A DNA stretch of 63,448 bases, the filler included, from Octopus bimaculoides (lineage: Eukaryota): assembly GCF_001194135.2 (NCBI RefSeq). It is 5 parts of 5 records of this genome, joined end to end, with 100 filler letters (N's around TTAATTAATTAA, not from the genome) between each part and the next. Parts side by side here need not be neighbours in the genome. Positions count along the whole stretch, not along the records: positions 52,658 to 62,309 come from NC_069006.1; positions 62,410 to 63,448 come from NW_026300068.1; 3 more parts are not named here. One strand, given 5' to 3'. The translations under genes and the position numbers were made by a program. This document shows positions 54,254 to 63,448 of this stretch, in pieces; the stretch's first letter is position 1; each line of letters begins with the position of its first letter. The notes under the pieces were generated by a model that had not been told where the DNA came from, ran no database searches, and saw only the letters and a list, made by a program, of their open reading frames with translations.

Positions 54254-54430
54254 ATCATCATCATCACCGTCATCATTTAATGTTCATTCTCTATGCTGGC
54301 ATAAGTTGAATAGTTTGACAGGATCTGATGGTTGCAAAGACAGCATTGTGCTCCATTTGGCTTGGTTTCTATGGCTGGATGCCCTTCCTAACACCAACCA
54401 CTTTGCAATGTGAACTGGGCTCTTTCCACC
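54254..54430 (-). mobile_element. SINE-like repeat with (GAT)n tail (other copies 54862-55010 minus, 58105-58325 plus)
   Basis: Three copies share GGAAGGGCATCCAGCCATAGAAACC..CCAACCCATG..TTAAATGATGATG. A short-tandem tail suggests an RTE-type partner (inference). Confidence 0.75.
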
Positions 54431-55060
54431 CACCACCATCACTAGTGAAACAGAAAGACTTTGGGCCCCAAGAAAAGTGGGTTTATGCTAGGAAATGTGG
54501 GATTAAAGTATGAGGGAAGGTGCTGGAGAAGAACAGGTTTCTTGCTGTTGAGGATCCGCATGGCTACATACATTTTTGAAGAGAAGGTGGTGGGTGATTG
54601 GAGTGGAGATTGGAAGGGATAGAAATTGTGTCTGGGTGGACCCTCAGGGTCAGATGTGAGTGAAAGTGAGTGGGGACAGAAGAACTGGGAGCGTGATTTG
54701 ATTGCGGTTGAAAAGATGTATGGGTGAGGGATGTAGATGTATACGATGAATGAAGAACATGTATTCATATATGTATGTGCATACATATATATCTATGCAC
54801 ACACACACATAAATACACATACACACACATACATATATACACATCTAAATATAAATATCATAATCATCATTGTTTAATACCTGTTTGCCATGCAGTCATG
54901 GGTTGGACGGACCAGAGGACCACACTGGGTTCAAATGTCTGCTTTAGCATAGTTTTTATGGTGGGATGTCCTTCTGAACACCAGTCACAATGAAAATTGT
55001 ACAAGGTGCTTTATCTGCAGCACAATTATGGCACATGATATGCCTGTATTTGTCTATATT

Positions 55061-55284
55061 TATTTCTTTATTGCCCACAGGGAGCTAAACATAGAGGGGA
55101 CAAACAAGGACAGACAAAAGGATTAAGTTGATTACCGTGCGTAACTGGTACTTATTTAATTGACCCCGAAAGGATGAAAGGCAAAGTCAACCTCAGCAGA
55201 ATTTGAACTCAGAACATGACGGCAGACGAAATACCACTAAGCATTTTGCATGGCGTGCTAACAGTTCTGTCAGCTCACTGCCCT
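55061..55284 (-). mobile_element. Family-B SINE with perfect 16-bp TSD
   Basis: TSD TGTATTTGTCTATATT at 55045-55060 and 55285-55300; tail matches the 4841-5143 copy. Confidence 0.94.
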
Positions 55285-56238
55285 TGTATTTGTCTATATT
55301 GTTCAAAAACATGTCACTGGCCACTCTGAGTAATATTTCTTTACTCATTTTAGTTTAAATTATGCAAATTAACCAGGTCATAAATGTTTTCTACTCTTTT
55401 TTTATTTTTCATATGCCTAAGTCCCTTGGTGACCGAAAATAAGGTTAAAAAGTTGTTGTGTGCTTATGACACTTATTGAAGTAGAAGCACATGTCTGTAA
55501 CTATCCTCTTTTCTTCATTCAGTAAGCTAGTACTTTTCTTAATGCCATGTCAACTATGGAGAATTATGCAGCTGGTCTCAATTGCTATTTGGTAATTATA
55601 CAGAAGATTCATACATACATACATACAGAAAGAGAGAGAGGAGGGCGGATTTAAGATATCCTATGCAGCAGTATGGTATATTCCTGCTAGCCATTTCTAA
55701 CACACACACTCACACACACACACACACACTGCATCATATTAATCGTTTACTTCAACTTTGTATTATTAGTATTATTTGACAATATCAAACAATATAAAAT
55801 ATCAAAGATTCTTGCTGTCCATTTAGGACCTGGTCTTTGTAAACTCTATTATGCAGCATGTGGAATACAGTGAGCATGTTGCAGATGTTTGAAGATAGAA
55901 TTTGGTATCACATAATAAATAGGTGTGTGTGTGCGTGTGTGTAAAATAGTACAAAAGTGAATATAAAAGTATGTGTGTGGATATGTTTTGTAAATGGCTG
56001 TCACGACTCTTTCACCATTAATTGTATCAGTTTCAAAATGTGGTCTCTGATCAGCTCATCTGTCACACATGTTCAGCTATGAAACTATAGTAATGATATT
56101 AAGAAGCATATAACATATACATACATACATAGTACATATTTAATATAATGTATAACAGCAGTCATACATTTAACTGTACACACAGGATTTACTATATAAC
56201 ACACACACACACATACATATATCTACATGTATATATGC

Positions 56239-56272
<34 letters not shown>

Positions 56273-56273
56273 A

Positions 56274-56315
<42 letters not shown>

Positions 56316-56889
56316 CATATTTATATAAATATGTATATATTTATTTACATATGTTATATATGAAAATATAATTTAATATACATGTGTTGAATAGATTGTT
56401 CCAGCTTGTGATGAAAGGAAGACTGCAAGATAATTTCGAATTCAGGCAATAATTATAAAAGTTTTTTGATGCTAACTATGATACAAGACATGGATACTAT
56501 ATGAAATTAACTAGAATTTCTGTTACCTCTGCTAAACCATTATCGACAACTACTAAATCCCACCCTCAAAAAATCTGATGATATGACAAAAACTATTGCA
56601 AGTCAAGGAAAGTGTTAAAATTTTTGTTCTTGTGAATATCTGGTGACTACATTACTAATTTCATCACGGAGCATCTGCCATTCTGTTTATAGTGTTTGTA
56701 GTTTTTGTGCTTTTATCTCAAGAAAATAATTCCGCAGTGATTTAGTGCAAATATAGTGCCATGTATAGGATGGAAATGGTCTAATTAGGGAAATGTAATT
56801 TCTTATAAGCTTGAATTTAAAGTGTAGGAATCAATGTCTGTTGATTATATTGCCATGTTTTTTTTTGTCTATTTTATTTCTTTGATGAT

Positions 56890-57410
56890 ATCCATCCATC
56901 CATTTTTTACATCCACTATTCTTGGGAGAGTTGTTGGTGTAGAGTCCTCAGGCACTTCATCCACACAGTCCTATCAGAAGCAACCTGCTTCTGATAGGAC
57001 CCTATGGAGGAAGGGCACTTTCCAGCTGGATTCTCAAGCATAACTAACTGAGACTATGGATATTATCCAACCATTGCATTCTTGATCTACCCTTAGGTTT
57101 CCTGTCAAAGAGCTTGGCTTGAAAAATCCGTCTTGCAATTTTTGTCTGTGAGATTCTAATCACAAATCCGTAGTACTGGAGTTGTGACATCTCAATGCAG
57201 AGAAGCAGTGGCTCAACCTGGAGAGATTCCTTGATCCTTGACCTTACCCTGTTGAGTAACATCACTCCACAGATCCTTCAGATAAACTCCATTATGGCTG
57301 CTCATATCCACGATCAAATACTTTTGGCCATTGTCTAACGTTCATGACCAAAGGTGAGAGTAGGCATGAAAAACATACTGAAGATAGCAAGGCTGGCTTT
57401 TTTTACCAAC
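56890..57410 (-). mobile_element. RTE-clade LINE 3' fragment
   Basis: Minus strand IFMPTLTFGHE..RICGVMLLNRVRSRIKESLQVEPLLLCIEMSQLQYYGFV..RKPKGRSRMQWLDNI; (GGAT)3 tail at 56891-56902. Confidence 0.88.
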
Positions 57411-57480
57411 CTTTTCTCTTTTGATATCAGTTCATATCAATTATTTGTGGAGTTCTGATACTGAATAAGTTAGAATGGTT

Positions 57481-58065
57481 GGATCTTTTTTAAAACGGGG
57501 GCCACATTTTTCATTAACGAAACACTTTGAAACTTGGAACACTGGTAGAATGTGTCATATAAAACATCTTTTTCTCGTAGTCTTCTTAAAAAAAAAGAAA
57601 TCCATCAGTTATTCCATGTTAAAGTTGTCGTATTTCTGTAATTTCAACCAATCACTGACGTCCATTCAGCCGATATACATTAAGTGCCGACTACATAAAC
57701 AAACGATTCTGAAACAATTAACCCTAACCCTAACCCTAACCCTAAGGTTAGAGTTAGGGTTAGGGTTAGGGTTAAAGCAAATTTAAAATGAAAAAAGCAA
57801 ATAAAACGAAGGTATGGAGATTAAATACGCTTTACATCGCTTAATCAGCCAAAGGAGTAAATGTAAACAACTGAATACTTGTCAGTGATTGGTTGAAATT
57901 ATCGAAATAAGACAATTTTTTACATGAAATAAATTCGAATACAAAAATATTTTTCTGTTCTATAACACAAAATAGATAAGTATACGAAGTTTGAAAGTCT
58001 TTCAGTACCAAAAACACTACGTAAAACATTAATGAAAAATGTGGCCCCCATTTTAAAATAGATCC
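57481..58065. mobile_element. 585-bp MITE, GG..CC termini, 8-bp TSD, central telomeric palindrome (Merlin-like)
   Basis: TIR GGATCTTTTTTAAAACGGGGGCCACATTTTTCATTAA / TTAATGAAAAATGTGGCCCCCATTTTAAAATAGATCC. TSD GAATGGTT at 57473-57480 and 58066-58073. (CCCTAA)4 faces (TTAGGG)3 at 57718-57775. Confidence 0.93.
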
Positions 58066-58377
58066 GAATGGTTATATCAAGTTGGATTGTTTGACCTGTT
58101 TGTTGGTGCCATGTAAAAAGTACTCAGTAAAGGGGTGTTTTTTTACAGGTAAAAACCACAGTCAACTTTGTAAAGGGGTTGGAGTCAGGAAAGGCATCCA
58201 GCCATAGAAACCAAGCCAAAACAGATAATTAGAGCCTGGTGTAGCTCTCTGGCTTACCGTCTCTTGTTGAACTGTCCAACTCATGCCAGAATGGAAAGTG
58301 GTTGTTAAATGATGATGATGATAATGATAATGTTATGAAAAAAACAAACATAATAAAACATATTATATAAAATACTT

Positions 58378-58622
58378 GGTAATCTTCAAGTTTAGGGGGA
58401 TAAAAAAAATAAATAAAAATATTCAAGGGAAATAACTGAATGACTTACCAGTATTATCCGTTTTCTTCTAGCTGTTTATAAATAAATCACACCCTAACCC
58501 TAACGTCAATCAAATCACGTGTGTGATTTATTTATAAACAGAGATGTACGGATAATACTGGTAAGTCATTCAGTTACTTCCCTTGAATATTTTTATTTAT
58601 CCCTCTAAACTTGAAGATTACC
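58378..58622. mobile_element. 245-bp foldback MITE, GG..CC termini, 8-bp TSD (Merlin-like)
   Basis: Long TIR GGTAATCTTCAAGTTTAGGGGGATAAA..CAAGGGAAATAACTGAATGACTTACCAGTATTATCCGT mirrored at 58550-58622. TSD AAATACTT at 58370-58377 and 58623-58630. Central CCCTAACCCTAAC. Confidence 0.93.
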
Positions 58623-58653
58623 AAATACTTTACCAATAACAACATAAGAAATT

Positions 58654-58870
58654 GGTGCAGGTATTGGTGTGTGGTTGAGAAGCTTGTTTCTCAACCATGT
58701 GATTTCGGGTTCACTCTCACTGTGCAGCACCTTGTGCAGGTGTTTTCTACAACAGTCACAGATTGACCAAAGCCTTATGAGTAAATCTGGAAGACAGAAA
58801 CTGAGATGCCCATCTAGTGTGTTTACATGTGTGTGTGTGTGTGTGTGTGTATGTTTATGTGTGTGTGTGT
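58654..58870 (+). mobile_element. Family-A SINE 5' half
   Basis: GGTGCAGGTATTGGTGTGTGGTTGAGAAGCTTG..CAGCACCTTGTGCAGGTGTTTTCTAC..GACCAAAGCCTT. Confidence 0.82.
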
Positions 58871-59054
58871 GTTGACCGCTAAATCCACAAGTTTTTTTAT
58901 TCTCTCTGTTTCCTCGTGTTCCTTTCTGTTGAAGAGCGTAGGCTCGAAACATAAAAGACTTTTTCACCTTCCCAAGCATCAAACTAATACACTTGCTTGT
59001 TGTTTATACACCTGTCTTCGTCTTTTGTTTTTTTGTAAATTTCAACTATATGTA

Positions 59055-59090
<36 letters not shown>

Positions 59091-59343
59091 TGTGTATATA
59101 TATAGTAGTATATGCATATGTGAGCATTGTTGTCTAGACATCACTGAAGTATTGGTGCAGAACTAAGTGAACGGCTCCACACATCTGATAGAGGTTATTT
59201 TTTCTCAACACTAGAGGGCAGTTGCATAGAGCTATCTGTCAAAGAGGAATGTTGTCTGAGGCTAAATCATCGATTTCAGAGTTGATTTAGGTCAGAGAAT
59301 GAAAGATGGGATGACCTCTTTTGTCTTCCTTTTCAACTAAGTG

Positions 59344-59620
<277 letters not shown>

Positions 59621-59869
59621 CACAACACATGCTTATACACACATGTACATTCATAAGCACCCAAACTCATGCACAAATATATATACACACAAATGTACAC
59701 TTGTCTGTGTGTTATATATACACATATGTGCACATCAGTACACACACATATCCACACTCTACCCCTACACACACACAGACACATATATATAGTACTTTTG
59801 AACATGAAAGCAGTTTATGATAATGTTATGTATGTCTACATGCATTTACATAATAAATAGTATAATCGG

Positions 59870-59934
<65 letters not shown>

Positions 59935-60820
59935 CCGGTCACTGGTCAAGCTTATATACACAAGTACTATAATCTTTTTAGGATCTCGAAAAAATTTTTT
60001 CAACAACCTTCTGATTCTTTTAATGTGCTAGTTTCCTGGTATTAAATTGATATTAATTAATATCGAATTTTTACNNNNNNNNNNTATATATATATATATA
60101 TATATCATGTAGTGCCCATCAAAAATGATGGTGTTTATTCCTGTTTCCTTTCTGCAATTCTTGATCATTCTGTTTTAAGCTTTGTTCCATTTGTTCTTTT
60201 GTTTTGTTTTGTCTTCTTTCAGTTATTCTTCTTTTTACTTCAACTACTGCTTCTGTTTCATGTTTGTTTCTTGTCTTACAGCAGTATCACTACCACTACT
60301 ACTGCTACTACTGCTACTACTGCTGCTGCTACTCACTACCACCACCACCACCACCACCACCACCACCACTAGTAATACTACTCCTATGCATCCATCCCAT
60401 TAGACTATAACATAACCTCTCTGATTGCTTTCTCTTCTCTGTTGTAGAGCTCTATTTTTTTTCTTTCCACTTCTCTCTAATACATGTCATTTTCCCCATT
60501 AACAGTCTTTCATTTTTATCTATATTCCTCTGTATGCTTGCATGACTACTTGTCTCACTTTCTAGTTGCCTGCAATATATTCATTTCTCTCTCTTACTTA
60601 CCTTTGTGGTCTTTGTAATATAGGATCTGTATTGGTCCCCTGCTATACAGATCTAGTGATGTAGAAACTGACTAGACCAGATCTATGTAGATCTAGAGAT
60701 ACAGAAATTGATCAAGTCCTAACAAGGTTGAAACCTTGATGTTTTGAGTTTCAATTCCCTGTAATTTGTCCAGGGGTTATAATTCCAAATCTGTTTAAAC
60801 TGAAGGCTGGAAATATGTAC

Positions 60821-60877
<57 letters not shown>

Positions 60878-61376
60878 TGTCTGTAAGTGTGTGTATCCAT
60901 TTGTGTGTGTTTGCGTGTTTGAGTCACTGTACTTAGTTGTTGCTTTTTGTTGTTGATTTTTCTTAATTCTGTTAATTGTGCTTGTTAATTTTTTTGTTTT
61001 CTACCTCATTTGGTGCTGGAATGTACAGTAATGCAAAATATCGACTTTCCAATGTTATTTAATTAGGCAGGAAAGATCTTACAGTTAATTCTAGCGAACT
61101 AAGTAAGTAGTTATATAAATACATATCAGAAACCAATAACAACAATGTTGATAACAAAAAAAAAAATAAATAAATAAACCAGTAACAACGACAATAGCAA
61201 CATCAATGATGATAATCATAACAACAGCAGCAGCAAAGAAGATAAGAACAGCAACTGCATTGATAATATTAACAATGCTGATAATACAGATAACTAAAGG
61301 AAAGGTCTGCCATCACTTAATCTCTGTCTGTCTGTCATCTGCCTGTCTGTCTGTCTTTCGGTCTATCTGTATATAT

Positions 61377-61776
61377 AGGCGTAGGAGTGGCTGTGTGGTA
61401 AGTAGCTTGCTTACCAGCCACATGGTTCCGGGTTCAGTCCCACTGCGTGGCACCTTGGGCAAGTGTTTTCTACTATAGCCTCGGACCGACCAAAGCTTTG
61501 TGAGTGGATTTGGTAGACGGAAACTGAAAGAAGCCCGTTGTATATATATGTATATATATATGTATGTATGTGTGTATGTGTGTCTGTGTTTGTCCCCCCA
61601 ACATCGCTTGACAACCGATGCTGGTGTGTTTATGTCCCTGTAACTTAGCGGTTCGGCAAAGGAGACTGATAGAATAAGTACTAGGCTTACAAAGAATAAG
61701 TCCTGGGGTCGATTTGTTCCACTAACGGTGGTGCTTCAGCATGGCCACAGTCAAATGACTGAAACAAGTAAAAGAA
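61377..61776 (+). mobile_element. Family-A SINE, best-preserved full-length copy, flanked by (TA)n
   Basis: tRNA-like head (TGGCTGTGTGG / GGTTCAGTCCC), CORE-like GGCACCTTGGGCAAGTG, internal microsatellite, tail GAAACAAGTAAAAGAA. Confidence 0.93.
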
Positions 61777-61994
61777 TATATATATATATATGCATACATA
61801 TATGCATACCAGTCAGTACTGGTACAGCCTTTTTTCCCTGTAGTTGTCATATCATTTATGACAGAATCAAGACAGTGTCTATGTCTACCTGTGACTATAG
61901 AGCCACTTAAAACAATTAGTGAAAGCATGGTATATGTTACCAGCTCATACTTGTTTCTGTGTGTGATAGCTGACTCTTTCAATGTATGTATTTA

Positions 61995-62085
61995 CTAGCA
62001 GAAATCCCCGGCGTTGCCCGGGTTAAAGAGAATAATGAAATCTAAAAACGCCATCTAGACTACGCATCATCTTTATATATAGAGA
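61995..62085 (-). mobile_element. Minimal non-autonomous Helitron (91 bp)
   Basis: Minus strand: A|TCTCTATATATAAAG...ACCCGGGCAACGCCGGGGATTTCTGCTAG|T. It has a 5' TC, a subterminal GC hairpin, a 3' CTAG, insertion between A and T, and no TSD. Confidence 0.88.
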
Positions 62086-62409
62086 TGTATATACACACAC
62101 GCACCCAAACACACATATATATATGTATATCAATATAAATATATGAAAGTCAATGAAGTTTCGTAAAAGAAGGTGATCATGTACATACTTTCTTGCTGTT
62201 GTGATTATAACACCTCATTGTAAACTATGTTCCTTGTTTTCCCTTGTGGAGCATATACAAATAGGTTTTTTGTTGCTGCCCACTCTTGAGCAGCCAACAT
62301 ACAGTTGTCNNNNNNNNNNNNNNNNNNNNNNNNNNNNNNNNNNNNNNNNNNNNTTAATTAATTAANNNNNNNNNNNNNNNNNNNNNNNNNNNNNNNNNNN
62401 NNNNNNNNN

Positions 62410-63448
62410 TTTCTGGGGTATCGGCTCTAGTCCAGAGCTTGCTATCAAATCAATAATAGCTCTTCTAGCTAACAAAATAATGTCTACTATTTCTATAAGG
62501 TTGAGCTTTTCTTATAATTTCCCATTTAAGGCTAAAACTAATACCATTATCCTTTAACTCTCAAATTTTATTTGCTAATGTCATACTATTTGCCTTATGT
62601 CTTAGTCTAAAAAAAGACCTATGGTTATATATTCTCTGTTTCAGATTAATGCTACATCCTACATAAATATAATTCTCGGTTATCGTACTTATAATGCATT
62701 TGTAAACTACGTTACGGGTGCGACATCGGCCTAATAACAGACAATGGGACTTATTTCTGAAGTTGCACCTAGTGGAGCTTTTTAAATTTTTAAAAAGTAG
62801 TTAAAATTAGAAAGATGTGGTATTTCAACTTCTACCATGTTCATCTTGGGCTACTAATTAGCACATATTTAAATTTGAAATTGAACCTTTATAACATATA
62901 TTTCTTATCTCTTACCTTAACATACAATCTTCTTATGATAACTAAGATTTCAACTTTATCCATGGATGGTATATTTTTTCACACTACTTCTGCTACTGCT
63001 GTTAGTTCTTAGTATGTATCTTAATTATTTTTACCCTATGTAGCTTATAAGAATAGGAGGTTTTATAAGTTCTTAATGTTTTTAATTAGTTCTCAAACCT
63101 TAAAAATTTTATATTTCATTTTATTCAATACCTGACTCTAAAAGGATCCTTATTATTCCATTATTTCAGGGCTTGTATTGGTAGTGTTCTAGTTATTCTA
63201 TATTTTGACTTAAATAAATCTAATCCTTATTCCATTAATATTCTGTAATTAGCCCATGTTAGTCTTAAAATAAGTTCTTGACTATATAAGATAGTATAAT
63301 TAAACTAGTAAACAATTATCATGTTCTCTTTTGGATGTCTTGAATTATTATTGAATTCTTTGTTAATTCTTACCATTCTTTTTTTTTCTTATTAGTTCCT
63401 TAAACTTTGATAAACCCATTATTATAAACTATATAAATCCTATATTAA
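62410..63448 (-). mobile_element. Penelope-like retroelement: RT C-terminal region plus GIY-YIG endonuclease, degraded, continues beyond window
   Basis: Minus strand YKTSYSYKL.., CNFRNKSHCLLLGRCRTRNVVYKCIISTITENYIYVGCSINLKQRIYNHRSFF..ANSMTLANKI*ELKDNGISFSLKWEIIRKAQPY. In-frame stops present. Confidence 0.9.

Noticed and set aside
57718-57775. Ancient chromosome end-to-end fusion site
   Set aside because: The palindrome is short and lies inside a TIR- and TSD-bounded element, so it arrived by transposition.
62410-63448. Mitochondrial insertion (very AT-rich terminal segment)
   Set aside because: Minus-strand translation gives Penelope RT-tail and GIY-YIG motifs, not mitochondrial proteins.

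Overview
Eukaryotic, AT-rich, gap-ridden draft-assembly window made almost entirely of microsatellites and decayed transposons. The SINE families and the extreme (CA/TA/AAT/AGAT)n load look like an octopus/cephalopod genome; this is inference from recalled repeat sequences, not a database result. I found no intact protein-coding gene, rRNA, true tRNA or CRISPR array, and nearly all ORFs in the track are microsatellite or N-gap read-through. Supported retroelements: R4/Dong-type RLE LINEs (one long decayed copy, plus short 3' ends stacked in (TAA)n arrays); L1/Tx1-type LINEs with large internal deletions; an RTE fragment; Penelope-like GIY-YIG remnants and LTR-like pieces; and at least four tRNA-headed SINE families, several with clean TSDs. 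Supported DNA elements: mariner, maT (DD37D), a hAT MITE, a 91-bp Helitron, and two GG..CC MITEs with 8-bp TSDs. I cannot demonstrate a new biological system. The best leads are (1) TSD-flanked Merlin-like MITEs carrying telomeric repeats, one as a head-to-head (CCCTAA)/(TTAGGG) palindrome; (2) minimal hammerhead-ribozyme-like folds in Penelope-type LTR fragments; (3) repeated Dong insertion into (TAA)n arrays; and (4) a weak candidate two-exon small Cys-containing secreted peptide.
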